Sequence record: MZ170040.1 | Direction: 5' to 3' (one strand) | DNA length: 64,000 bases | From: Escherichia phage vB_EcoM_FJ1 | Shown here: positions 8,249 through 17,848 of the stretch, piece by piece | Layout: each line of letters opens with the position of its first letter | Position numbering within the stretch: position 1 is the stretch's first letter | Translations under genes and position numbers: made by a program | Notes under the pieces: generated by a model | The model's input: the letters and a program-made list of their open reading frames with translations, nothing else | Database searches by the model: none | What the model was told of the DNA's origin: nothing

Positions 8249-8712
8249 AATAACGGTTCCCAATCAACAATCACAATTTCTAATTTAGAGGAATATGTAT
8301 CTAAAATCCCCTCAATAATATCCCAGTTCCCTTTACCTATGCCTGCTCCAATCCTAGGCATATAGATTGTAGGTTTAATCAGTTTATTTTCACCAAACTC
8401 ATTTAATTCTAACATACAATTCATTAAAGCGGAATACTCAAAATTTGGCCCTGGTTGAAATTGAGTATAAAGATTAAAGCAGTAAGCTTTATGAGTCCTA
8501 AAGTATTTTTCATAGACTGAGTAAGAACCGAGTTTAGTTACATCGCCCCATTCTGTCTGTAATTTATCAGCTTCCAAAATTTTAGGGAAAGCTTTGGTTA
8601 ATTGACCCGCTACGCCTGAACCCATAGTATGAAAACAATTGCATCCATGCGCAATATTTTTACCTTCAGCGAAAAGGGCGACAATATCGCCCTTGATATA
8701 TTTTACAATCAT
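8245..8712 (-). CDS. macro-domain (ADP-ribose binding/processing) protein
   Basis: 155 aa; GDIV...NIAHGCNCFHTMGSGVAGQ resembles macro-domain N..N / GGGV signature. Confidence 0.7.
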   Translation of the reverse strand: MIVKYIKGDIVALFAEGKNIAHGCNCFHTMGSGVAGQLTKAFPKILEADKLQTEWGDVTKLGSYSVYEKYFRTHKAYCFNLYTQFQPGPNFEYSALMNCMLELNEFGENKLIKPTIYMPRIGAGIGKGNWDIIEGILDTYSSKLEIVIVDWEPLL

Positions 8713-9056
8713 CTAGTACTCAATCCTCGATTATAAGAATCTACCAAACGGTCAACCATTGAATGACAAGCGGCTTTATCTTTCTCCTCCGCAACTGAAC
8801 ATTCTAAGGTATTCCACTTTTTAGCATATCGTTTTAATAATGTATCGTTTTTGTATCTACTTGATTTATCTCTTTCTCCGTCTTTATATGCATATATTAA
8901 TTTCTGTGCAAATTCAGCTTGACATGCTTTATTTTTCCCACAATAATCTGCCGCAGTGCGGTTTACATATTCTCTAATTTCAGTATATGATGTATCTGCT
9001 AACGCAGAAGCAGAAAATGAAATTAATCCTATACATAAAACCAAAATTTTAGTCAT
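8709..9056 (-). CDS. small secreted protein (signal peptide), vs-position
   Basis: 115 aa; N-terminal MTKILVLCIGLISFSASALA; four Cys; occupies T4 vs locus position. Confidence 0.6.
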   Translation of the reverse strand: MTKILVLCIGLISFSASALADTSYTEIREYVNRTAADYCGKNKACQAEFAQKLIYAYKDGERDKSSRYKNDTLLKRYAKKWNTLECSVAEEKDKAACHSMVDRLVDSYNRGLSTR

Positions 9057-9594
9057 TTACTATTTCCAAAAGTTTATTATTTTTAAGGTAATTAGCCTTT
9101 TCTAGGACTTCAGAAGCATATTTAGAACCAGCTTTAACATTCCATCCCGAATTATAAGAGGATATTGCCTTTCTTATATCACCCTTATGTATATTTAACC
9201 AATAAGAAAGTTCAATGTACGCCCAGGAAGCTGAATTGGACCGTTTATTCAACATTCTTTTTATTTCAGCATCGGTCATATTATAACCAAGTTCCTTAAC
9301 TCTCGCTCGCATAGTAGGCAAATAATTTTGGAACATTCCGTAGGCGTGATGCTTTGGTTTAGATTTTAAATTAACTCCGCCAGAGCTTTCTTGCCATAAA
9401 ATGGCTGCCATTATATGACCTAATCCGCTCTTGTGGATATTTTTGTGTGTTTTATATTTTCCATCCTTAGAAAATTGTTCCCCGAATTGATACGCGTAAC
9501 GCATGTTATCGAGTTGGACATTACTGAAAGTATGCTCGGAGCTATGTGCCATCATTGAAATGGCCAATAGACCAGCGAGTAGTGCTTTTCTCAT
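9049..9594 (-). CDS. secreted protein with lytic-transglycosylase-like motif (vs.1-position)
   Basis: 181 aa; signal peptide MRKALLAGLLAISMMAHS; ESSGG...YGMFQ resembles SLT catalytic motif. Confidence 0.6.
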   Translation of the reverse strand: MRKALLAGLLAISMMAHSSEHTFSNVQLDNMRYAYQFGEQFSKDGKYKTHKNIHKSGLGHIMAAILWQESSGGVNLKSKPKHHAYGMFQNYLPTMRARVKELGYNMTDAEIKRMLNKRSNSASWAYIELSYWLNIHKGDIRKAISSYNSGWNVKAGSKYASEVLEKANYLKNNKLLEIVND

Positions 9595-9601
9595 GCTTAC
9601 C

Positions 9602-10063
9602 TCATTGAGTTTTAATTACTGCTTTAGAAGCCTTTCCTGGTAAACGACGACTGTTGATAATTGCCATCCTGCATTGAAGTGACGGGTTTTTGAACTTCTC
9701 ATTAGGCTTACAAACCGTAAATCCAAGCCAAAGATTTCCATCTGTAATTTCCAAACGCCCAGGACGATATTCAACCCCATCAATAAAATCCTCGTCAATG
9801 TCAGGACGCGGAGGCATACTCAGGAATTCATTAACTTCTAAAACATGGTCTTTTATTTTATGGAATAATTCAAAAACGTATGTCTCATCAATCTCCCGTT
9901 GAATTGCGCGATCAAGAAGATGCTGAGAATATTTTAGATGAAACGATGAGACTCCTGCTGCTTTTGATGCCTCACGAATCTCATTGTTAATTTGACGAAA
10001 CTCCGACTCAAAGTGACGACGAAGCTTATTTCGACGGATAAAAACTTCTGTATTGATAGTCAT
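9602..10063 (-). CDS. regB: RegB site-specific endoribonuclease
   Basis: 153 aa; near-identical to T4 RegB as recalled; strong early promoter (GTTTAC / TGGTATAAT) upstream. Confidence 0.92.
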   Translation of the reverse strand: MTINTEVFIRRNKLRRHFESEFRQINNEIREASKAAGVSSFHLKYSQHLLDRAIQREIDETYVFELFHKIKDHVLEVNEFLSMPPRPDIDEDFIDGVEYRPGRLEITDGNLWLGFTVCKPNEKFKNPSLQCRMAIINSRRLPGKASKAVIKTQ

Positions 10064-10090
10064 GTTATTCTCCTCTTAACTGATAGAAAA

Positions 10091-10121
10091 ATTATACCAC
10101 AGTCAAGAGGAAAAGTAAACA
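10091..10121 (-). promoter_or_regulatory. T4-type early promoter for regB
   Basis: Minus strand GTTTAC -35 and near-consensus TGGTATAAT extended -10, ~30 nt upstream of regB ATG. Confidence 0.7.
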
Positions 10122-10122
10122 G

Positions 10123-10401
10123 TTATTCTTTAAATCTAATCAATTTATTCATAGACTTTGAAACTTCTGCACGAACCTCATGTAGATTTTTGAGCTGTTC
10201 AAGACGCTGCTCATAGTAAGCAATTTCATCTTCTTCGAGACAGTCCTGTGAATCTTCTTTAAGATAACGTGCATAGTCCTGGAAAGCTTTACGGACTACT
10301 TCCTGGAAGTCATCAAGACTTTGAATTTTCTTAGGAGCAACAGATACACGACGAGGGGCAGTATAATACTCATAACCAAACCCTGCGCTTAATTGAGCCA
10401 T
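10123..10401 (-). CDS. hypothetical small protein (~92 aa)
   Basis: Track ORF starts at GTG; trimmed to ATG overlapping upstream stop. Confidence 0.5.
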   Translation of the reverse strand: MAQLSAGFGYEYYTAPRRVSVAPKKIQSLDDFQEVVRKAFQDYARYLKEDSQDCLEEDEIAYYEQRLEQLKNLHEVRAEVSKSMNKLIRFKE

Positions 10402-10667
10402 TAGTATTTTTCCTCTGGTTGGAACACAGCACGGCAAGCCCACATACTGGCTTCTTTGAGTTTCGTTTTAGCAATAGTTAACTGATCGAGGCTTTCGGCG
10501 TAATTCTTCGCGAGTTCATCATCTTCACAGCTATCAAATGCTTCCCAGAATTCATCATATAAAGCATCAAAGATAAGCCCTAAACGAACTTCAGCATCTT
10601 TGATAGCATTCACTTTACTGATTTTATCGTCAGTATGTGGTTTATAACCTTTAATGTCTTCAATCAT
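10401..10667 (-). CDS. hypothetical small acidic protein (88 aa)
   Basis: ORF track; translationally coupled chain; vs.3-vs.5 position. Confidence 0.55.
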   Translation of the reverse strand: MIEDIKGYKPHTDDKISKVNAIKDAEVRLGLIFDALYDEFWEAFDSCEDDELAKNYAESLDQLTIAKTKLKEASMWACRAVFQPEEKY

Positions 10668-10881
10668 ATTTTACTTCCTCACCTGTTCCCAAATCATATT
10701 CAACTAAACGAATAGGTTCATGAATGCCATATCCTTGAACAGAAATTTCTGTCGTAGGATAAATTCCATTAATATCACCCATGTTCCATGCTTCGTTAAA
10801 TTGCTGTTCGCCTGAATTACTAAACCACTCGGCGAAAGCATTTAGCACATCTTCAGAACCTTCAATAATTATCTTTGCCAT
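10660..10881 (-). CDS. hypothetical small acidic protein (73 aa)
   Basis: ORF track; overlaps neighbours. Confidence 0.5.
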   Translation of the reverse strand: MAKIIIEGSEDVLNAFAEWFSNSGEQQFNEAWNMGDINGIYPTTEISVQGYGIHEPIRLVEYDLGTGEEVKYD

Positions 10882-11243
10882 TACAAACTCTCGGTGAAGG
10901 TACGAGCGATAACGTCGCGCTGCTGTTCCGGAGTCAGAGAGTTAAAGCGAACTGCATAACCGGATACACGGATGGTCAGCTGCGGATATTTTTCCGGATG
11001 CTTAACTGCATCTTCCAGAGTTTCACGACGCAGAACGTTAACGTTCAGGTGTTGACCACCTTCAATTTTAACTGTAGGCTGTTGCTCAATTTCAATTTCA
11101 CGGGCATGCAAACCGTAGAAAATTTCTGGGTCTACAAAAGAGTCCTCTTTAAAGGTTTTAGAGACAATAATTCGTGCTTGAATACCATCTTCAAAATAAA
11201 TAGTACCTTTATGTGTGCCTTCAAGAATTTGATATGCTTTCAT
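10881..11243 (-). CDS. autonomous glycyl-radical cofactor (GrcA/YfiD-like)
   Basis: 120 aa; C-terminus ...[29 protein letters not shown] carries the glycyl-radical motif and matches E. coli GrcA as recalled. Confidence 0.85.
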   Translation of the reverse strand: MKAYQILEGTHKGTIYFEDGIQARIIVSKTFKEDSFVDPEIFYGLHAREIEIEQQPTVKIEGGQHLNVNVLRRETLEDAVKHPEKYPQLTIRVSGYAVRFNSLTPEQQRDVIARTFTESL

Positions 11244-11250
11244 ATAAACC

Positions 11251-11580
11251 TCAATTAGAAAATAAATTTATCCAAGATTGTTCTTTGATTAAAAATGGCT
11301 CAGAATCATATGCCATTAAACTCTGTGTGATTAGTCCTTTAAAAGGCCCATCAATAAATTCCATGGTAAAATATGGAATTTTATTCATTAGCCGTGCATT
11401 AGGAGCAGTACACAAAACTCTGCATCCTTTGAATACGCCTTTTTGTAATTTGTATTGCTTAGGATAAAATTCGCTCAAGACGTTGTTATTTGCCAAAATT
11501 TCAAAATGATTCACCAATTTATTTTTAATAGTTTTTGGCGAAAAATAAAGATATTCGAAAAGCTGAGTGTCTGTCATCAT
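11251..11580 (-). CDS. hypothetical protein (109 aa)
   Basis: ORF track; ATG; overlaps upstream stop. Confidence 0.55.
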   Translation of the reverse strand: MMTDTQLFEYLYFSPKTIKNKLVNHFEILANNNVLSEFYPKQYKLQKGVFKGCRVLCTAPNARLMNKIPYFTMEFIDGPFKGLITQSLMAYDSEPFLIKEQSWINLFSN

Positions 11581-12164
11581 TGCATTCCGATTACGAAAAA
11601 CTGTGGACGAGTAATACCATCAATGCAACATTTAATATTACAGCAGCAGTGTACAGTGTCAATATGGACACTATAAATCTTATCCATATCAGGAGATTTG
11701 ACAGGCTCATCAATTATATACAAAATTCGCGAAAGCGATAAACCTCTGAACTTGCTTCCTTTATTACCAATAAAACTGCGCACAGAATCAGTAAATAAAC
11801 GAAAACGTATATCATCATTAGAATAACGCGAAAATTCCTTTTTAATGTTATTTGCAGAAATTTTAGCGTAAGCTGAAGTATTAGAAAGAACAATAACTGT
11901 TCCGCCATCATACAACCAATTAGCAGCAAAGTTAGTCACAGCAATTGATTTACCAGATTGACGTCCACCATCTAGTCGAAGTGTGCAATACTGTTTGAGT
12001 AAGTCTTCAAATGGTGGGATATAATCGTTTTTACAAATTTCTTCTACTCTAGCATCAGAATGGTGTGTAAAAGCATTCATCAGGGATAGATAAGGACCAG
12101 TTAAAAATGTTCTCATTTTGTTATCTCTAAATTTGGGCCATTCCGTGGCGCGTGAATTGTCCAT
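11577..12164 (-). CDS. P-loop-containing protein with Cys-rich C-terminus
   Basis: 195 aa; Walker A-like GGRQSGKS, Walker B-like LYIIDE, C-terminal HCCCNIKCC. Confidence 0.6.
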   Translation of the reverse strand: MDNSRATEWPKFRDNKMRTFLTGPYLSLMNAFTHHSDARVEEICKNDYIPPFEDLLKQYCTLRLDGGRQSGKSIAVTNFAANWLYDGGTVIVLSNTSAYAKISANNIKKEFSRYSNDDIRFRLFTDSVRSFIGNKGSKFRGLSLSRILYIIDEPVKSPDMDKIYSVHIDTVHCCCNIKCCIDGITRPQFFVIGMQ

Positions 12165-12269
12165 TTCTGTATTTACCCATTACCGCGCTTGGGCTCGACC
12201 TTATTACAGGTTGGCGGGAATCCCTCACAGAATCATGAGGTCCAGCTTGTTCCCATATTTCTTATTTGC

Positions 12270-12743
12270 TTATTTGAATGATTTAACGTACTGAATAGAA
12301 CCCTTACTATTCACAAAGGCAATTTTACCATTTTTATTATACATGGTAGCAGTACGCTGATAACCATAGGTTTGTTTACCAGATTGATAACCAACTAATG
12401 CAAAATTATCTTCACCCATTTTATTCTGTTTAGCGCGAATGCGTTCATGACCATGTGCCATAAGAACCTTAGCATCACCAGTTGCAATGGATCGACGAGT
12501 TTTTTCATCTTCAACTGCATTAACAAAGTCGTCAAATGAATCAAATTTAGCATGAGATTTATTATACAATTTTCCATCTACTGCATAATTATATCCCTGT
12601 ACATCCATCTCAACTTCTGTACCATCATCCAATACAGCAGTAATTTTTTGACCTTTTTTAAATTTCAAAAGATCAGTAAAAGATTCAGCAATAATTTGAG
12701 AATTAATAGCTGCTTCAGTGATAAATTCTTGATATGTTTTCAT
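12270..12743 (-). CDS. internal-protein-like (capsid-targeted) protein
   Basis: 157 aa; N-terminus MKTYQEFITEA matches T4 IP capsid-targeting sequence (MKTYQEFIAEA) incl. gp21 cleavage context; 10 nt downstream of denV. Confidence 0.75.
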   Translation of the reverse strand: MKTYQEFITEAAINSQIIAESFTDLLKFKKGQKITAVLDDGTEVEMDVQGYNYAVDGKLYNKSHAKFDSFDDFVNAVEDEKTRRSIATGDAKVLMAHGHERIRAKQNKMGEDNFALVGYQSGKQTYGYQRTATMYNKNGKIAFVNSKGSIQYVKSFK

Positions 12744-12752
12744 GGGTTTCCT

Positions 12753-13169
12753 TTAAATGTAAATATTTTTGCCGTAATACTTGTACCAGTGTGGCTTCAT
12801 TAAAATTTTTTCATCAAGTCGTTGTTGACTCAATTTAATAGCTGATTTGCATGGATTATAATCATTTTTCCATTCTATTGGAATATCGCTGATGTCAGGA
12901 ACTTCAGTATCTTTTATACTGAACCCGCGTTTTAAGCATTCCGTTATAATGTCTAATTGACGCTTTCGCAAAAATTCTAACTTATCGTAAAAGAACGTAA
13001 CATGGCCAGAACCTAAAATAAACTCGGAAGATATTTTAAAATCTTTAACGCGCTTACCGTTTGCCACATGCTTACGAACTATACCAAAAACACGCGGCAA
13101 TTCACGGTATTCTGCGATTAAATGTTGATCAGCAAGTTCAGATACTAAAGTCAAATTAATACGAGTCAT
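12753..13169 (-). CDS. denV: endonuclease V (pyrimidine-dimer DNA glycosylase)
   Basis: 138 aa; [17 protein letters not shown]...; near-identical to T4 DenV as recalled. Confidence 0.95.
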   Translation of the reverse strand: MTRINLTLVSELADQHLIAEYRELPRVFGIVRKHVANGKRVKDFKISSEFILGSGHVTFFYDKLEFLRKRQLDIITECLKRGFSIKDTEVPDISDIPIEWKNDYNPCKSAIKLSQQRLDEKILMKPHWYKYYGKNIYI

Positions 13170-13192
13170 TTTATCCCTCCAAGTAACTGTGA

Positions 13193-13225
13193 ATATACTA
13201 TCACAATTCTAGGAGAAAGTAAACA
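13193..13225 (-). promoter_or_regulatory. T4-type early promoter upstream of denV
   Basis: GTTTAC box and TGATAGTAT -10 between e stop and denV start. Confidence 0.55.
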
Positions 13226-13228
13226 ACT

Positions 13229-14197
<969 letters not shown>

Positions 14198-14216
<19 letters not shown>

Positions 14217-14686
14217 TCGGTGATAAAATTATTTAAATTTTGAGTATATTTCTTTTCATCAAAAATCTTTTGCTGCCTACGTAAACGCCATGGCATTTCA
14301 ATGAACGTGTACCATATCCCAGATAATATTGCTGCTGTAAAAATATTAACAAGTATGGTTAAAATAATCCAATCTCCCGTTCTGTCTACTGGACTTTCTC
14401 CAAAGAAGCAAAATACAAATGATGTCACAGGAAAACTAATAATATACCACAGAATCATAATCTTATCTGTGAACCAATCAGTGTTCGTTAATTTAGCGCG
14501 ACCATTATGAATACACACGAATTTATCATCTGTTGCAGTAGATGGCTTAACTGGTTGATATCCCATTCTAAACTCCCTAATCAGCAAATTTTTCATATCT
14601 TCGGAACAGCCATTCCAGTCAACTCTATCAACTGAAATGCCATCATCCCCATCATCTAAATCATACCAGCGAGTTTTTAAAATCAT
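14198..14686 (-). CDS. membrane protein, member of a 4-gene paralogous family
   Basis: 162 aa; two TM segments; C-terminal FITECRKLK motif shared with neighbours. Confidence 0.65.
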
Positions 14687-15045
14687 TTGATTTTCCTACA
14701 ATCATTCACGAATTCTTTCATTGATTCATTTTCAATATAAGACATGTAGTTATTATATTCTTTTAATTGTATTTTGTAATCCTTTTTTCTTTGCCAATTT
14801 ATTTTAAAATTATCATAATGAAAATATAAAATAATACCAAAGAATGAAAATAATGAAATTGCTATAGTATAATGAAGTTCACTCCAAACTTCTGTTATAT
14901 TTACTGTGCCGTCGATGTTTAAAATAAGACAGTCAATTAACAATCCAAAAAGACTACCCGCAAGAGCTGCAGCCAACGCCACAGCAAAAATTAAAAATGA
15001 CTCAGAAAACGAATATTTGACTTTATTTAGTTTTGGCTTTTGCAT
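14683..15045 (-). CDS. membrane protein, paralogous family
   Basis: 120 aa; two TM segments; C-terminal EFVNDCRKIK. Confidence 0.65.
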   Translation of the reverse strand: MQKPKLNKVKYSFSESFLIFAVALAAALAGSLFGLLIDCLILNIDGTVNITEVWSELHYTIAISLFSFFGIILYFHYDNFKINWQRKKDYKIQLKEYNNYMSYIENESMKEFVNDCRKIK

Positions 15046-15419
15046 CGTGATTCCTTAACAAATTTCATAATTTCATCAAATTCATACGCGGCAAGTTTAA
15101 GCTGATGTTCCTTTTTAATCTTTTTACACTGTGCTTTCCAATCACGTACACGTTTACGATAATGTCTTCCTTGATACCAATATCCTATCCAATTTACAGG
15201 TACTAATAAAAGTGGAACTATTAATGGAAGAATTAGCATTAACACAAGTATTTCGCCAGAATCAATATCAGTCATAACATCTAAAACACCTCCAATAATC
15301 AATAGAATTACAAATGATATGAGTATAACAGGACCTATTAACACATCAGTAGAAATTATCTGACGCTTTAATTCATACTTTAAGGGTTTACTTGGAAGAT
15401 ACATTGATGGCTTTGACAT
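15027..15419 (-). CDS. membrane protein, paralogous family
   Basis: Trimmed from TTG to ATG (MSKPSMYL...); two TM segments; C-terminal KFVKESRCK. Confidence 0.6.
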   Translation of the reverse strand: MSKPSMYLPSKPLKYELKRQIISTDVLIGPVILISFVILLIIGGVLDVMTDIDSGEILVLMLILPLIVPLLLVPVNWIGYWYQGRHYRKRVRDWKAQCKKIKKEHQLKLAAYEFDEIMKFVKESRCKSQN

Positions 15420-15996
15420 ATTCTCTACATTCCTTAACAAATTTTTCTAATAATAAATCGCTTTCAAAATTGGGATTTTCTACGAATTTATCAAAAAGAT
15501 CATCAACAATATTCAAGATATTTCTTTTACTAAGAATACGTTTATTTTCATGTTTCGTTTCAGAATCAACTATAAGAGTAAAGAAATATTTCTTTCCCTG
15601 AAATTTTACCGTAGTATCAATATAGAATAAATTTGACTTTTGTAAATTACGTTTAAACCATGCGTCACTTAAACTATAAACACCGAGATAATCAAAATCG
15701 TCGTTTAAATAACATACTGTCCATTCAGGAGAAATGAAATCAGTAAATTCAACATCAAAATCACACGTCAATGAATGAATTGATTCAATACTGTTAATAA
15801 GTATTCCAGGACGTATTAAAGACTTTTTACCTCTGGAAAATCTTCCAGAAAGACTTTCATCAGTTTCATATGAAGAACCCCAATAATAATTACGTCCTTC
15901 TGCCATACGTTTAAGAGCATTTAGTAATTGGTCTGGAACATCAACTTGTCGTTGGAATTCTTCAAACATTGAATTGAAATCACTTTGCATTTTCAT
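15388..15996 (-). CDS. hypothetical protein sharing C-terminal motif with the membrane-protein family
   Basis: 202 aa; no TM; C-terminal KFVKECREYVK. Confidence 0.65.
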   Translation of the reverse strand: MKMQSDFNSMFEEFQRQVDVPDQLLNALKRMAEGRNYYWGSSYETDESLSGRFSRGKKSLIRPGILINSIESIHSLTCDFDVEFTDFISPEWTVCYLNDDFDYLGVYSLSDAWFKRNLQKSNLFYIDTTVKFQGKKYFFTLIVDSETKHENKRILSKRNILNIVDDLFDKFVENPNFESDLLLEKFVKECREYVKAINVSSK

Positions 15997-16037
15997 TCCT
16001 ATTTACTCCAAGTAATAGGGGCCGAAGCCCCTTATCA

Positions 16038-16631
16038 TTATTTCAGAGAATTAATGTATTCCTGAACATCGGCAGAGGTAGTTTCAACCCCAGAAATATT
16101 ACCATTAAAGGTTTCAACTCGAGCAAGAGTATCTTCAATATCAACCTTAGTCAGTGCTGCAATTTCAACTACATCATCAGCAGTACTAATTCCAAGGGCA
16201 TTTGCTGCACGAGTTTCACGGATATATTCCAATTTAACCGCAAGTTCTTGGCGTGCATCATCTAACTCAACTACTTTCTTGGCGATTTCAATTCGCATTT
16301 CAGCATAACCATCAGCTTTAGTAGTCAACTGCTCAGCTGTTCGACGATATAGCAAGCCGAGTTTAGCATGCATTGTTACATCTTGACCTTCGGAAAGAAG
16401 CTTGCGAATTTCACGCTCTTTTGATTCGGCCTGCTTATTCTTTTCGACAATAAGTTCACGAATACGCTTTTCTTCATTAATAGATTTAACAGAAGCAGTT
16501 TTTAGGTCTTTAATTTTATCAAGCAGTTTTGCTGCTGCGGCAGTATACTGTTCTTCAACAGATAGATTTTTAGCCATAGCAGAACCAAGTTTAGTGCGAA
16601 TAAACTCAACAATTTTCTTCAGTGTGTTCAT
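16038..16631 (-). CDS. coiled-coil protein (weak PspA/IM30-like resemblance)
   Basis: 197 aa; heptad-rich, charged; loose similarity to PspA helical regions (low certainty). Confidence 0.6.
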
Positions 16632-16706
16632 AGTAGTTCCTTAGGTTGATTAAGATTTAAAATCCATGAGAGTATTATACCCTGTTATTTGAGGGATGTA
16701 AACATT

Positions 16707-17105
16707 TTATTTCATTTTTGCGAGGCAGATTTCATTGGCTTCCCATTGAGCTTGCTTAATAATAGCTTTGGATACAGGAACCTTTTGACCATAAGTTTTT
16801 GACGTTGAGAGAACAATATATTTGTTTGCCTCATTATGCCAACCCCATGATTTTTCGCCATGAGTACCTTTAATTACGGCCGACACTTCAACAGAGCATC
16901 CATCAGAACTAATCTTGGTGTCTACAATCCATTCATTTCTCTCGACAGCTTCATTTTCCGATCTCATTTTTTCTTCATACACGGCGGCCCAATCAGTTTT
17001 TGTCAAGCTTAAACTAAGAGCTTTCTCTAATTCTTTGGCAGCCTTTTGTTGTTCGGGTGTTAATGAATTATATAACTCTCGCATTTCTTTATCTTCAATA
17101 TTCAT
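16707..17105 (-). CDS. hypothetical protein (132 aa)
   Basis: ORF track; ATG; e.8 position. Confidence 0.6.
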   Translation of the reverse strand: MNIEDKEMRELYNSLTPEQQKAAKELEKALSLSLTKTDWAAVYEEKMRSENEAVERNEWIVDTKISSDGCSVEVSAVIKGTHGEKSWGWHNEANKYIVLSTSKTYGQKVPVSKAIIKQAQWEANEICLAKMK

Positions 17106-17162
17106 TATGTTCTCCTCAAGTTATAGGCTCATAATATCTCAATCATGAGCCTGTGTACACAA

Positions 17163-17426
17163 TTATTTCATATTATTGAAATATTCTTCTGCGATTTCGT
17201 CGTTATCATGGTAAACTTTAGAAGACAGTTTAACATAACTTTCAGCAGTGAACATGTTAATCACAACCTTTACAGTATACCACTGACCATCTTCATTACC
17301 CATTACTGCGTAAGTTTCAAACATCGGATGGTCAGGACCGATAACTTTAATATCATTCACTGTACGACCAAAATCTTCTGAAACACATTTCATAAAGAAG
17401 TTGAACAGTTCACCGTAATTATCCAT
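17163..17426 (-). CDS. hypothetical small acidic protein (~87 aa)
   Basis: Trimmed from TTG to ATG with GGAGAA SD; early promoter upstream. Confidence 0.55.
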   Translation of the reverse strand: MDNYGELFNFFMKCVSEDFGRTVNDIKVIGPDHPMFETYAVMGNEDGQWYTVKVVINMFTAESYVKLSSKVYHDNDEIAEEYFNNMK

Positions 17427-17467
17427 TTCATTCTCCAAGTTGTTTTCTGTATCAGTAGTTGATAGTT

Positions 17468-17500
17468 GTATAGTACCATGGAAGAACAGAGATGTAAACA
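17468..17500 (-). promoter_or_regulatory. T4-type early promoter
   Basis: Conserved block GTTGATAGTTGTATAGTACCA...GTAAAC upstream of 17163..17426. Confidence 0.6.
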
Positions 17501-17631
17501 GTTTTGTGAAAAAATTTTTAAAAAGTTTTAGGGAATTCTAGGGCAGGGAGGGGAAATCAAAGGATAGGATAATATATTATAAAGGGTATAAACTAAATGA
17601 TGCCTAGAGAGGCCCGGAAAGGCCTAGATAC

Positions 17632-17660
17632 CAAAAAGCCCCAACCTTTTGGTCGGGGCT
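17632..17660 (-). terminator. rho-independent terminator
   Basis: Hairpin AGCCCCAACC-TTTT-GGTCGGGGCT then U5 on minus strand; near-duplicate of the 18188..18216 element. Confidence 0.6.
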
Positions 17661-17848
17661 AAGAATGTTATTTGATTTGTTTAGCAGACCAAATGCGATC
17701 TTTAATAATTTTTTGGATGTCTTCAACATACTCTAGGTCATGAGCATGTGGATTATCTTTGAAACTATGAGCTCGCGCAAGTTTCTGGCCTTCGGTCTTA
17801 ATTATCAAAAGTTCTTTAAGAATTGCTTCATACCTAGAGATAATTCCT

